Source: an uncultured Actinomycetota bacterium (GTDB lineage Bacteria; Actinomycetota; Actinomycetes; JAHEKZ01). Taken from it: DNA of 64,000 bases. Under the pieces are notes generated by a model. That model worked only from the letters and a program-made list of their open reading frames with translations. It was not told the origin of the DNA and searched no databases. The stretch spans positions 2,784,001 to 2,848,000 of the forward strand of contig CAWHIJ010000003.1 of NCBI GenBank assembly GCA_963829525.1, given 5' to 3'. The first letter of the stretch is position 1; every line of letters begins with the position of its first letter. The translations under genes and the position numbers were made by a program. Positions 23,357-34,428 of this stretch are shown here, in pieces.

Positions 23357-25315
23357 GTGACCGCCTTCCCCCAGCTCTTTTCACCGATCCAGATCGGCTC
23401 GCTCACGGTGAAGAACCGGATCTTGTCGTCGGGCCACGACACCGTCATGGCCGAGGACGGAAAGATCGGCGACCGGCTCGTGGCCTACCACGAGGCACGC
23501 GCATTGGGCGGGGTCGGACTGATCGTCGCGCAGGTTGCCGGTGTCCATCAGAGCGCGAAGTATTCCGCGAGCATCTTGATGGCCGACACCGACGACTGCA
23601 TCGCCGGCTACCGCGCGCTGGCCGACACCGTGCATCCCCACGGAACGGCGCTCTTCGGTCAGCTCTTCCACGACGGGCGCGAGATGATGGAGAGCCAGGA
23701 CGGGTCATTGTCAGTGGCGCTCGCCCCCTCGGCGGTGCCGACCGAACGCTTCCATGTGATGCCGCGCGCGATGCCGGTCTCGCTGATCGACGAGATCGTC
23801 GCGTCCTTTGGCTCCGCCGCCCGTCGGTTGCAGACCGCCGGTCTCGACGGCGTCGAGATCGTGGCCTCTCACGGCTACCTTCCCGCGCAGTTCCTCAACC
23901 CGCGGGTGAACCTCCGCGAAGACCAGTACGGAGGATCGGCTGAGAACCGGCTGCGCTTCCTGAGGGAGGTGATCGCGTCGGTCCGCGAGCAGGTTGGCCG
24001 GGACTTCGTCGTCGGCGTCCGCGTCTCAGCGTCGGAGGAGTCTGAGGCCGGGTTCAGTGCCGACGAGATGCTCGACGCCCTTCGGGCGTTGGACCGAGAA
24101 GGCACCATCGACTACATCAGCGTCGTGGCCGGGACATCGGCCACGCTCATCGGCTCAGACCACATCGCGCCGCAGATGAGCTTTGCACCCGCCTATCTCG
24201 CACCGATGTCGGCAAGAGTCAAAGCAGCTATCAACGTCCCCGTCATGGTCGCGGGCCGGATCAACCAGCCGCAGGAAGGCGAGCAGGTGCTCGCCAACGA
24301 GCAAGCCGACATGGTCGTCATGACCCGCGCGCTGATCTGTGACCCTCTCATGCCGGCCAAGGCCGAACAGGGGCTAGCTGACGAGATCCGCGCCTGCATC
24401 GGCTGCAACCAGGCGTGCATCGGCCACTTCCATGCCGGCTATCCCATCTCGTGCATCCAGCATCCGGAGACAGGACGCGAGCGCACCTACGGCATCCGGC
24501 GTCCGGCGGCAGCGGCGAAGGACGTCATGGTGGTCGGCGGTGGCGTGGCAGGCTTGAAGGCGGCCGTCGTCGCGGCAGAGCGCGGGCATCGCGTCACGGT
24601 GTACGAGGCTGGCCGCCGCCCTGGCGGCCAGGTGTTGCTGGCCGAACAGCTGCCAGGGCGCGCCGAGTTCGGTGGCGCCGTAACCAACCTGCTGAGCGAG
24701 GTCGACCGGTACGGCGTCAAGGTTGTCACCGGTCAGCGCGTTGATGATGCCTTCGTCCGTGACCAGAAGCCAGATGCCGTCGTCGTCGCAACTGGAGCGA
24801 CGCCACGAGTTCCCCACCTCGAGCTGATGGACGACCCCACCGTGCTCACGGCATGGGACATCATCAACGACGCGAAGCTCGCGTCCGGACGCGTCGTGGT
24901 CGCCGACTGGAGGTGCGACTGGATCGGTCTCGGGATCGCGCAGCGGCTGGCGCAACAGGGTCACAAGGTGACGCTCGCCGTCGACGGCTACATGCCAGGG
25001 CAGCGCATCCAGCAGTACGTGCGTGACGAGATGACCAAGCAGGTGCTGCTCGTGGGCGTCGAGATCATCACGCTGGTTCGGCTTTACGGCGCAGATGCTG
25101 ACAGCGTCTACCTGCAGCATGTGCTCACCGGAGAGCCCGTGGTGGTAGACGACGTTGCGGCGCTGGTGCTCTCACAGGGGCACGACTCGGTCACTGAGCT
25201 GATCGACTCCCTTGCCGACTACGCCGGCGACGTGCACGCGATCGGCGACTGCCTGGCGCCGCGCACCGTCGAGGAGGCCATCCTCGAAGGCCTGCGTGTG
25301 GGGTCAGACCTCTGA
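23357..25315 (+). CDS. NADH:flavin oxidoreductase (OYE barrel + 4Fe-4S + FAD domain)
   Basis: SHGYL.AQFL.P, DQYGGSAENR, CIGCNQAC, VVGGGVAG. Confidence 0.9.
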   Translation: MTAFPQLFSPIQIGSLTVKNRILSSGHDTVMAEDGKIGDRLVAYHEARALGGVGLIVAQVAGVHQSAKYSASILMADTDDCIAGYRALADTVHPHGTALFGQLFHDGREMMESQDGSLSVALAPSAVPTERFHVMPRAMPVSLIDEIVASFGSAARRLQTAGLDGVEIVASHGYLPAQFLNPRVNLREDQYGGSAENRLRFLREVIASVREQVGRDFVVGVRVSASEESEAGFSADEMLDALRALDREGTIDYISVVAGTSATLIGSDHIAPQMSFAPAYLAPMSARVKAAINVPVMVAGRINQPQEGEQVLANEQADMVVMTRALICDPLMPAKAEQGLADEIRACIGCNQACIGHFHAGYPISCIQHPETGRERTYGIRRPAAAAKDVMVVGGGVAGLKAAVVAAERGHRVTVYEAGRRPGGQVLLAEQLPGRAEFGGAVTNLLSEVDRYGVKVVTGQRVDDAFVRDQKPDAVVVATGATPRVPHLELMDDPTVLTAWDIINDAKLASGRVVVADWRCDWIGLGIAQRLAQQGHKVTLAVDGYMPGQRIQQYVRDEMTKQVLLVGVEIITLVRLYGADADSVYLQHVLTGEPVVVDDVAALVLSQGHDSVTELIDSLADYAGDVHAIGDCLAPRTVEEAILEGLRVGSDL

Positions 25316-25391
25316 CCGTCGAGGCTCTCTGAGGGCGTGAGCCACCGGCCCACGTTGACGGCTGATTGAGTGTTCAGTCAGGATTGCCCTC

Positions 25392-27458
25392 GTGAACCTC
25401 GACCGTCTTCTCGCCCCCCGCTCCGTCGCCGTCGTCGGTGCATCGCCGCGTGTCGACACCTACGGACACCAGGCGCTCGACAACCTCGTTGCTGCGCAGT
25501 TCAACGGGCCGGTCTTCGGAGTCCACCCTCGCGAGACCGAGGTGCTCGGTGTTCGTTGCTACCCGACGCTCTCCGATCTCCCCGAAGTTCCCGATGCGAT
25601 CGTCATCGCAACGCCGGCGGCCACGGTGCCCAACCTGATCGACGAAGCCGGACGCCTCGGGGTAGGCGGTGCCGTGGTCATCGCAGCCGGCTTCGCTGAG
25701 GTCGAGCATGGCCGCGACCTGCAACGACAACTTCGTGAGAACGCGCTGCGGTACGACATGCCCGTCTGCGGTCCGAACGGAAACGGTCTCGTCTCTGTCG
25801 TCCGCCGCGCACCCCTCTGGGGCGACGGCTACAACATCGCGTCGGCCGGCGGTGTCGCACTGGTGTCGCAGAGCGGCAATGTCGCGGTGAACGCGATCGG
25901 GGCGGCGCGCGCGCTTCACCTGCACACCGTCATCTCATGCGGCAATCAGGCCGTGCTTGACGCCTCCGACTACGTCGTCGCTCTCGCCGAGCAAGAGGGT
26001 GTTCGCTCAATCGCGTTGTACCTCGAGGCCGAGGGTGACGGCGTGCGGCTCACCGAGGGATTAGCGATGTGCGCCGAGCGCGAGATCGGCGTCGTGGTGT
26101 TGAAGTCGGGCCGTAGCGCACTTGGTGCAACGGCAGCCGCAGCGCACACCGGCGCCGTCGCCGGCGACGCGCAGGTCCTCCGCGCACTTATCGAGGACGC
26201 TGGTGGGGCTTGGGTAGACGACCCGCACGAACTGCTCGAGACCGCCAAGGCGATGGCCCACGGGCGCCGCAAGGTCGGCGCCGGAGTCGCCGTCATCACC
26301 TGCTCCGGCGGTGACGCGGCGATCAGCGCCGACGAAGCCGACCGCCTCGGGATCCCGCTGCCGCCACTCGCCGACGCGACGAAGGCCGCACTTGAGCCGA
26401 TCGTTCCGGACGCCGCGACCATCGGGAACCCGCTCGACTACACCGCCATGATCTGGGGCGACGTCGAGGGCATCGCCAACATCGTCCGCGTGACCGCCTC
26501 TGATCCATCGCTCGGCCAGGTCCTCGTCTACTACGACATGCCGCAGAAGATGGGAGCCGCCGCCAGCTACAGCTGGAACAGCCAGCTTGACGGGATTCTG
26601 CTGGGAGGTCAGGACTCCGACGCACCGGTGATCGTCGCATCAACACTGCCTGACCTCCTGCCGGAGGACTTGGTCGACAAGTGCCTGCAGCGCGGTGTGC
26701 CAGCGGTGTGGGGACTGACCACCGGCATCAAGGTTGCCGATGCCATGCGCCGTCCGTTCGGCGACCCCGTTCGGCTACGCGGGGTCGGAGCGATCGCCGG
26801 ACCGGCCAACCCTGGCGAGTGGCTCGCCGAGCACGAGGCGAAGTACCTGCTGGCCAAGGCGGGCGTTTCCGTGCCACGTGGTGGCGTCGCCTCGACCACG
26901 GACGAGCTCGCCGCGCTGATCTATGAGTTTGATGGTCCGATGGCGATGAAGCTGAGCCACGCATCCCTGCAGCACAAGAGCGACATCGGCGCACTCGAGC
27001 TTGGCGTCGTTGGCACTGACCATGCACGTGCAGCCTTCGACCGACTCCGCGCGATCGACGGTCATCACGACTCCCCAGTGCTCGTCGAGCAGATGCAGGC
27101 GCCCGGTGTGGAGCTGCTTATCGCCGCGCGCCGTGACTCGGTCGTGCCGTGTCTGGTCATCGGGCTCGGCGGCCTCTGGGTCGAGGCCGTGGGTGACGCA
27201 GCCGTCATCCCGTTGCCAGCCGATGCCGCTCGGGTAGAGGCAGCGATCGGCTCTCTGCGCGGCGCTTCGCTGCTGACCGGCGGACGCGGGCGCCCACCCG
27301 TCGACCTCGAGGCAGTCACCGATGTCGCGGTACGGGTCGGTCAGCTGTTGATCGACGAAGATCTGATGCTGGTCGAGCTCAACCCGGTTTTCGCGCGCCC
27401 CGCTGGCGCCGACTCTGGGGCCGTCGCCGTCGACGCGGTCATCCGTCGCACCGCCTGA
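25392..27458 (+). CDS. Acyl-CoA ligase (ADP-forming), fused alpha/beta
   Basis: PRSVAVVGAS, GPNG.G, VSQSG, AAHTGA (catalytic His), NPLD, HKSDIG, ELNP, VDA. Confidence 0.9.
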   Translation: MNLDRLLAPRSVAVVGASPRVDTYGHQALDNLVAAQFNGPVFGVHPRETEVLGVRCYPTLSDLPEVPDAIVIATPAATVPNLIDEAGRLGVGGAVVIAAGFAEVEHGRDLQRQLRENALRYDMPVCGPNGNGLVSVVRRAPLWGDGYNIASAGGVALVSQSGNVAVNAIGAARALHLHTVISCGNQAVLDASDYVVALAEQEGVRSIALYLEAEGDGVRLTEGLAMCAEREIGVVVLKSGRSALGATAAAAHTGAVAGDAQVLRALIEDAGGAWVDDPHELLETAKAMAHGRRKVGAGVAVITCSGGDAAISADEADRLGIPLPPLADATKAALEPIVPDAATIGNPLDYTAMIWGDVEGIANIVRVTASDPSLGQVLVYYDMPQKMGAAASYSWNSQLDGILLGGQDSDAPVIVASTLPDLLPEDLVDKCLQRGVPAVWGLTTGIKVADAMRRPFGDPVRLRGVGAIAGPANPGEWLAEHEAKYLLAKAGVSVPRGGVASTTDELAALIYEFDGPMAMKLSHASLQHKSDIGALELGVVGTDHARAAFDRLRAIDGHHDSPVLVEQMQAPGVELLIAARRDSVVPCLVIGLGGLWVEAVGDAAVIPLPADAARVEAAIGSLRGASLLTGGRGRPPVDLEAVTDVAVRVGQLLIDEDLMLVELNPVFARPAGADSGAVAVDAVIRRTA

Positions 27459-27480
27459 CCCTCACCCGACAAACCCCAGA

Positions 27481-27551
27481 CGTCAACCAGGTGTGCACTC
27501 GGCGGGCTTGGGCGTCAACCAGGTGTGCACTCGGCGGGCTTGGGCGTCAAC
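27481..27551. repeat. 32-bp exact tandem repeat (2.2 copies)
   Basis: CGTCAACCAGGTGTGCACTCGGCGGGCTTGGG twice, then CGTCAAC; between convergent genes. Confidence 0.9.
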
Positions 27552-28950
27552 TGATGGTGAAGTCGGTGGCGGCCAACGATTTCGGCAGGTCATCCATCAG
27601 CAGATGTGCGGTGTAATCCCCGGTTGGTAGCGGCCACTTCTTGGGATGCGAGACCTCGTCGAAGATCAGCTGCCCTTCGACGGTTGCACCTGTCGCCGCC
27701 GTCAGGGACGGTTTCGCCGCACCCGGCACTGCGCCCCGTCGGTAGATCGCAACCCAGTCGGCCCGGTTTCCCGGTGACCAGGTCCATTGGACGTCGACCG
27801 CCTCACCTGCGGCGTAGTGCGGAGAGCCAGTCGTCACATCCGGTGTGGCGCCAACCGCAGCAATCCAGAGTGTCGACCTGGCGACCTCTCCACGAGCATC
27901 GTCCGCGGCAACGAGATCGAACACTCCGACCCCAAGGGTGGCGGTGTCGAGTTGCCACACACTTGCGTCACCTCGAGGCAGCTCGACGAGTATTGCCTCC
28001 GCACTCCCACCTCGTGGAACGACCCGTAGGGCGGACAGTCGGTCGGCGATGGCCCGCACAATGACTTCGTCACCAACGACCGCCAGCCGCCGCGACACCG
28101 AGACCACCGTTGGGGGCTGAGCGGGAGTCAGGTGCAACGCCGCGAGCAATCCACGGTGGTCAGTGGGCCAGGGCGTCACCGACATCTCGCTGAACGGGGA
28201 CTCCTGCTCGCCGACGATCTGGATCCCAGCCACCGAGATATCCGGACTGACGTGCATGAAGTCGATCCGGTCTGGGCTCTGACCATCGGCAGCGGGGTTG
28301 TACCCCTCGACGAACGGACGCGCAGCTGGCCATGTGAGCCCAGGATGAGTCACCGGGTCGGGGTGGGCAGCGCGGTAGGCGTCCACCAATCCCGTCGTCT
28401 CCACCGCCACGCTCGTCGGCCAAGGGACGGCCTGCGTCACCTGCGGCAACGCACCTACCGCGGCCTCGGTCCAGTCGAGGTGCGACGGCGCGTTGAAGTC
28501 GCCGAGCAGGATGACCGGAACACCATCTCGCATCAGCAACACCGCGGCGTCCAGTGACGGCTGAAGCTCAGCGAGGCGCAGCCGCCGTTCCCGGCGGAGG
28601 ACCCGGCGCAGCGGTTCTCCCTTGGCGAGCCGAAACGGTCCGTAGCGGCGTGACGCCGGATGCACGTTCACGATCGCGACAACGCGACCCGGCTCTAGCT
28701 CCACGAACACCACACCCGCTGCCGGTACGGGCGGGTCGAGCAATGGCAGCTGTGACACCACCTGGGTGCGCACGTCGAAGTAGGGCCACCCAAGGTCCGC
28801 CGCAATCTCTGGTACCCGGCCACACCCTTCCTGAAGCGCCACAACCGACGCGCCGGACTTGTTGATCACCGCAATAACCGCCGCGAAGTCGACCCCGGTG
28901 CCGCCGTACTCGATGTTGAGCTGCAGAAGTTGCAGCGGCGTCACGGTCAC
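27547..28950 (-). CDS. Endonuclease/exonuclease/phosphatase-family protein with beta-rich C-terminal domains
   Basis: LNI, LQE, GDFNAPSHLDW, DRID, PTDHR motifs. Confidence 0.87.
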   Translation of the reverse strand: MTVTPLQLLQLNIEYGGTGVDFAAVIAVINKSGASVVALQEGCGRVPEIAADLGWPYFDVRTQVVSQLPLLDPPVPAAGVVFVELEPGRVVAIVNVHPASRRYGPFRLAKGEPLRRVLRRERRLRLAELQPSLDAAVLLMRDGVPVILLGDFNAPSHLDWTEAAVGALPQVTQAVPWPTSVAVETTGLVDAYRAAHPDPVTHPGLTWPAARPFVEGYNPAADGQSPDRIDFMHVSPDISVAGIQIVGEQESPFSEMSVTPWPTDHRGLLAALHLTPAQPPTVVSVSRRLAVVGDEVIVRAIADRLSALRVVPRGGSAEAILVELPRGDASVWQLDTATLGVGVFDLVAADDARGEVARSTLWIAAVGATPDVTTGSPHYAAGEAVDVQWTWSPGNRADWVAIYRRGAVPGAAKPSLTAATGATVEGQLIFDEVSHPKKWPLPTGDYTAHLLMDDLPKSLAATDFTIS

Positions 28951-29248
28951 GTGCGAATCCCCTTCGACGCGGTCCGGCCGCCCGGCCGGTGATGGAGACC
29001 CACGCTAAGGGCATGCCATCAGCTGCGGTCCCGGCAATGTCACCTTTTGGTATCCAACCGTGAACCTGGGGACGAATCGGTCGCGACCCTTCTACCCTGG
29101 CTCTACCCTGGCCCAGAAGAACAGCCCGAGGACACCCAGAGGACGTCGACTGTTCACCTCACCGTGTTGCCCTGGCGGCAACGAATGATCATGTCCTGAT
29201 CTACGACGCACCTAGGCTCACCGCGACACCCGCTCACCGGAGGAACAC

Positions 29249-31043
29249 ATGAACCGCACAGGCCGACGGCTCCTCGCTGTCGCTGGCATCGGCGCCGTTC
29301 TCGCGCTGGCGGTACCACTCTCCTCAGCGACATCGGCGTCCTCCTCAGAGGCAGAGCCCAAGGTCCTTCGGGTAGGCGTCCCCAACGACCTGACCACGGC
29401 AAACCCACTTTCCCTTCGCTCTGGAAGCGATTGGAACGTGGCAACCATCCAATACGACATGATGCTGCAGTTCGGCAACGAAGACCTCTCCCCGCAGCCG
29501 GGTCTTGCCGAGGGGTGCGAGCCCAACAACGACAAGACCGAGTGGACATGCACCCTTCAGGATGGCGTGCTCTGGAGCGACGGGGAGCCATTCACGTCGC
29601 AAGATGTCGCATTCACGTACAAGTTGGTGATCGACCAGGGAATCTCCACGTACGCCCAGTACTTCAGCGAGGGCACCACCTTCGAGACACCAGACGACAC
29701 CACGCTGATCTGGAAGTCACCAACGCCGACAAGCCAACCGCTGACCCCGCCCTGGATCTACATTCTTCCTGAGCACGTCTGGTCCCAGTACGCAGACCTC
29801 GACAAGGCCGATCTGCGCGCAGTTGAGAATGTGCCATCAGTCACCACCGGTCCGTTCACACTCACCGAGGTCAATCGGGGACAGAACTGGACGCTAACCA
29901 AGAACCCGAACTACTGGGGTGACGAGCCCAACTTCGACGAGATTCGTTTCCAGCTCTTCACCAACCAGGACGCGATGGCGCAGGCTCTTAAACAAGGCGA
30001 CATCGACGTGGCAACGTATCTCGAGTCGTCGCTGCTTCCCTCGCTCGACAGACGACACCAACATCACGGTCCAGCGCAACGTCTCCGACTGGTGGCTCAA
30101 CCTGGCCTTCAACTTCGGAGGCCAGAGCGCCGACGCCGACCCGCTACCCGCGCTTCAGGACAAGACCGTGCGGACGGCGATCGCGATGGCGATCGACAAG
30201 CAGGGCATCGTCGACAAGGCTTACGACGGAGCGGCTACCCCAGGGACGTCTCTGATCCGTGAAGTTCCCGCGCAGTGGCACTACGACGTGCCCGAAGAGG
30301 ACCAGTTTCCCTACGACCCGGACGCGGCCAACGCGATGCTCGACGACGCCGGGTACACCAGGGGCGGGGACGGAGTGCGCGTTGACCCAGCTACCGGCGA
30401 CCGGCTTTCACTCCGCATGCCCATCTCACAGGAGACCGCCGGGGCGCTGCCTGCCGGTCAGCTGATCGTCGGTTACCTCGATCAGATCGGGATCGAGGTC
30501 GAGATCCTGCCGGTGAACGAGGGGAAGATGTACTCGTATTGGAACACCGGTGACTGGGATGCCTACATCTGGTACTGGACCGGTGAACCGGATCCGAACT
30601 ACCAGCTCACGACCTTGATGTCTGACCAGTGCGGCGAGCTCAGCGACGGCTGCTGGAAGAACGCCGAGTACGACGCGCTCGTCAAGCAGCAGAAGACGAT
30701 CATCGACAGCGAAGAGCGGCAGGCGGTCGTCCACGATGCGCTCGCCCTCTCGTACGCCGAGTTGCCGTCGATCGCCCTCGCCTACCCGAACAACATCGAG
30801 GCCTATCGCAACGACCAAGTCACCAACTTCACACCCGTCCCGGGCGACGCCGGGTACCTCATCCCCAACTACAACAACGTCGGAATGGTGACCGTCGAGC
30901 CGGTGACGGGCAGCGGCGCGTCGAGCTCCGATTCGTCCGGCGGTATCCCACCCTGGGTGTGGGCCGCGTTGGTCGGAGCGGCAGCCGTCGCCGGCTTTGT
31001 CTCCTACCGTCGACGTTCACGTGTCGATGACGAAGAGGGCTAA
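29249..31043 (+). CDS. Family-5 ABC substrate-binding protein with C-terminal TM anchor; +1 frameshift near 30050
   Basis: WSDGEPFTSQDVAFT, TGPF, NPNYW, AIDK, YDPD.A..LD.AGY; halves lie in ORFs 29249-30262 and 29919-31043. Confidence 0.85.
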
Positions 31044-31062
31044 CCGTGACTAACGGCCGGCG

Positions 31063-32028
31063 ATGAGGGTTCGCTACGTCGCGCGAAAGCTCGGTTGGGC
31101 AGCAGTGACGCTGATGTTCGTCCTCTGCTTCAACTTCTTCCTCTTCCGGATCATGCCCGGGGATCCAGCCGGGCTGCTGGCTCGAAGCCAGCGCCTGACC
31201 GAGACCGAGATCGCCGAGCAACGGGCGATCTTCGGCCTCGACAAGCCACTCATATCCCAGTTCTGGACCTACCTGCAGGAGACGTTCACCGGAAACCTGG
31301 GGACGTCGTACCTGACCGGACAACCGGTGGTCGAGACCATTTCCAGCCGGGTGTGGCCGACGGTCCTTCTGGTTGGCGTCGGAACCTCGGTCGCCATCTG
31401 GCTCGGCCTCAAGATGGGCATCAAGGGTGGGTGGCGACGAGGGTCGGCCTTCGACCGAACGAGCCTCTACGGGTCGCTCACGCTGTACTCCACTCCTGAG
31501 GGGTGGCTGGGCATGATGTTGCTGATCATCTTTGCCGGTTCACTTGGATGGTTTCCCGTCGGCGGATATGACTCCGGCGAGGACCTCACCGGCATGGCGC
31601 ACGTCATCGACGTCGCCAAGCATCTCTTCCTTCCAGCAGCAACCCTCGCGCTTGGCTACGGGGCCTCGTACATGATCGTGATGCGTTCCTCGCTGCTCGA
31701 GGTAAAGGACGAGGACTTCGTCGCAACCGCAAGGGCGAAAGGACTCACCGAGACGATGGTGCGTCGACGTCACGCGGTTCCCAACGCATTCCTGCCCTCG
31801 TTCACCCTCATCGTGCTGAGTTTCGGGTTCGTCCTCGGTGGGTCGATCGTGATCGAGACGATCTTCTCCTACCCCGGGATCGGGCTGCTGACCTACCAGG
31901 CCATCGACGCCTTCGACTATCCGGTCCTCCAAGGGGTCTTCCTCATCAGCAGCGTGGCCGTCGTACTCGCCAATCTGTTGGCCGATGTCACCTACGGATT
32001 CCTCGATCCTCGCATCGAGGAGGTGTGA
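31063..32028 (+). CDS. Peptide/nickel ABC permease (DppB-like)
   Basis: MPGDPA, GLDKP, TARAKGL EAA loop, IETIFSYPGIG, DYPVLQG. Confidence 0.92.
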   Translation: MRVRYVARKLGWAAVTLMFVLCFNFFLFRIMPGDPAGLLARSQRLTETEIAEQRAIFGLDKPLISQFWTYLQETFTGNLGTSYLTGQPVVETISSRVWPTVLLVGVGTSVAIWLGLKMGIKGGWRRGSAFDRTSLYGSLTLYSTPEGWLGMMLLIIFAGSLGWFPVGGYDSGEDLTGMAHVIDVAKHLFLPAATLALGYGASYMIVMRSSLLEVKDEDFVATARAKGLTETMVRRRHAVPNAFLPSFTLIVLSFGFVLGGSIVIETIFSYPGIGLLTYQAIDAFDYPVLQGVFLISSVAVVLANLLADVTYGFLDPRIEEV

Positions 32029-32954
32029 TGGCCTCTGACAGCGCAGTAGTCGGCTCGGTCGTGGAAAGTCCTCGTCGCCTCGTGTGGCGACGACGTCGAG
32101 AGGCAGTCAGCCGCAACTGGGCTCTTTACCGACAGAACAGGCAGGGCATGACCGGCCTGGGGGTCATGGTGTTCTTCGCGTTGCTGGCGCTCGCCGCACC
32201 CTTGCTTGTCCCTGCGGCCGACATCGAACCGGCCACCGCACAGGGTTTGCCGAACCACCCGCCTTACGGCGGTTACCCACTCGGCACCGACAACTTCGGG
32301 CGTTCGGTGCTCGACCTTGTGATCGTCGGTGCGCGAATCTCCCTTCTGGTCGGGGTCACGGCCACAATTGTCGCCGTTGCGCTCGGGGCGACGATCGGAC
32401 TGATCAGCGGCTACTACGGTGGCACCAAGATCGACGTGGGCCTCAACGCCATCACCAACTGGTTCCTGGTGATCCCATGGCTGATCCTCGCCATTGTCCT
32501 TTCGGCGATCCTCGGCGCCAGCGTCTGGATCATCATCTTGGTCATCGGCATCACGTCATGGGCACAGCCGGCCCGATTGATCCGCGCACAGGCGCTCAGC
32601 GTCAGAGCACGGCCCTATGTCGAACGCGCGCGTGTGCTGGGGTGCGGCGACCGAGCCATCCTCGCTCGCCACATTCTTCCCAACGTCGCACCGGTCATCT
32701 TTGCCAACGCCATCTTGACGGTCGCTGTCGCCATCCTCACTGAGACAACACTGTCGATCCTCGGCCTCGGTGACGCCACAGCGATCTCTTGGGGAGTTGT
32801 CATCGAGCAGGCCTTCAGCGCAGGGGCCATGACGAACGGTTACTGGTGGTGGATGATGCCACCGGGAATCGCGATCGTCTGCGTGACCTTGGCATTCACC
32901 ATGTGCGGCTACGCCCTGGACGAGGTGCTCAACCCCAAGCTACGCGGTCGCTGA
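32025..32954 (+). CDS. Peptide/nickel ABC permease (DppC-like)
   Basis: LGTDNFGR, GARISL, RHILPN, SWG, WW..PPG. Confidence 0.92.
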   Translation: MMASDSAVVGSVVESPRRLVWRRRREAVSRNWALYRQNRQGMTGLGVMVFFALLALAAPLLVPAADIEPATAQGLPNHPPYGGYPLGTDNFGRSVLDLVIVGARISLLVGVTATIVAVALGATIGLISGYYGGTKIDVGLNAITNWFLVIPWLILAIVLSAILGASVWIIILVIGITSWAQPARLIRAQALSVRARPYVERARVLGCGDRAILARHILPNVAPVIFANAILTVAVAILTETTLSILGLGDATAISWGVVIEQAFSAGAMTNGYWWWMMPPGIAIVCVTLAFTMCGYALDEVLNPKLRGR

Positions 32955-32974
32955 GCACAGGGTCGAGCAAGCCG

Positions 32975-34384
32975 TCAGGCTGGGACGCCCTGACGCAGTG
33001 CACGTGCGAAGGTCTCCAGGTTGGCGACGAACCGGTTGACGTCCTCCATGGTGTGCTGCACAGACATCGTCCACTGCTCGCACTTGCCCCACGGTGGCAG
33101 GAACACGTTGTTGTTGTGCTGATAGAGCCAGTGGGCGTTGCCCCACTGGTCGTCGTAGTCCAAGAAGTCCCGGTAGTTGCTCAGGTTGTCGGTGAAGATC
33201 ACCGCACCCTTGGCGCCGAAAGCTCGGACGAATCCTGGTAGCTGGTGCCGCTTCAGCACGTCCTCGCACCCCTTGACCTGCGCATCACGCAACGTGTCGA
33301 GGTGGGCGTACGCCTCTTGCGTCAGTACCTCCTGCAAAGTGGCGCGAGCCGCAGCCATGGTCAGCGGGTTCCCGTTGAACGTTCCGACCTGCTCATACGT
33401 GCGGTCGGCGATGAGGTTCATCAGCTCGGGAACTCCTCCGATCGCTCCGCAGGGAAGCCCACCACCCAGCGCCTTCGCGGTGCACAGCAGGTCGGGTGTC
33501 ACGCCGAGCAGCTCGGTGGCGCCACCGGGGGCCAATCCCAAGCCGGTCTTCACCTCGTCGAAAGCCAGCCACGCGCCGTGCCTGTGCAGCAGGTCCTTGA
33601 GGTCAGCCATGTATCCAGGTGGGGGCGGGATCAGGCCGATGTTCATCATCACCGGCTCGACGATCATTCCGGCGATCTCGTCCTTGTGGGTTGCTAGGGC
33701 CCTCTCGACAGCGGCGAGGTCTCCAAAGGGAACGATCACCGTCAGCTGAGCCATCGGGTCAGGGATGCCCTGACCCCCAACCGACCGCGGGGCCTGGGCC
33801 GAACCGGCCTCTTCCAAGGATGGAAAGACCGAGACCTGGGCGGCGTCGTGGTGTCCGTGGTAGCTGCCCTCAACCTTGATCACCTTGCTGCGCCCCGTCG
33901 CTACTCGCATGAGGTGGAAGGCGTCCATGGTCGCTTCGGTTCCGGAGTTGTTGTAGCGCCACAGCGGAAGGCCGAAGCGCTTGGTCAGCTCGCGGGCAAC
34001 GACGATGGCGTCCTCGGTCGGCTGGGCAAAGTGCGTGCCCTTGGTGACGCGGTCTCGTACCGCGGCGACGATCGCCGGGTGCGCATGTCCCACCAATCCC
34101 ACGCCGTAACCGCCGTGGAAGTCGGAGTACTCGGTTCCGTCGACATCCCAGATCTTCGAGCCTTCACCGCGGTCGATCCACACGGCGCACGGCGGGGCGT
34201 CTTGCCAGCTCGACGCTATGCCTCCGGCGAGTACCGTCCGGGCTTCGGCCCGCATCGCCTGCGACTTCTCGGTGCGGGCGAGCATGACCTTCTCCTGCTC
34301 GCTGATCAGCTGGTCCATCCGGTCCAGCAGCGGATCGGCACCGGGTGAGGTCCGCTCGCTGGCGATCGGCGCTGACACAGACAT
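32975..34384 (-). CDS. Class III PLP aminotransferase (GSA-aminomutase-like)
   Basis: WDVDG, NSGTEAT, GSYHG, FDEVKTG, AKALGGG, GTFNGNP. Confidence 0.9.
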   Translation of the reverse strand: MSVSAPIASERTSPGADPLLDRMDQLISEQEKVMLARTEKSQAMRAEARTVLAGGIASSWQDAPPCAVWIDRGEGSKIWDVDGTEYSDFHGGYGVGLVGHAHPAIVAAVRDRVTKGTHFAQPTEDAIVVARELTKRFGLPLWRYNNSGTEATMDAFHLMRVATGRSKVIKVEGSYHGHHDAAQVSVFPSLEEAGSAQAPRSVGGQGIPDPMAQLTVIVPFGDLAAVERALATHKDEIAGMIVEPVMMNIGLIPPPPGYMADLKDLLHRHGAWLAFDEVKTGLGLAPGGATELLGVTPDLLCTAKALGGGLPCGAIGGVPELMNLIADRTYEQVGTFNGNPLTMAAARATLQEVLTQEAYAHLDTLRDAQVKGCEDVLKRHQLPGFVRAFGAKGAVIFTDNLSNYRDFLDYDDQWGNAHWLYQHNNNVFLPPWGKCEQWTMSVQHTMEDVNRFVANLETFARALRQGVPA

Positions 34385-34428
34385 GGGGTACCTCTTCTCC
34401 GCGGAGCTCTCGCCCCGCAATGGGGCCT

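Noticed and set aside
29091-29112. Short direct repeat TCTACCCTGGC x2 upstream of the SBP
   Set aside because: Too short to distinguish from chance or slippage; no second site found.
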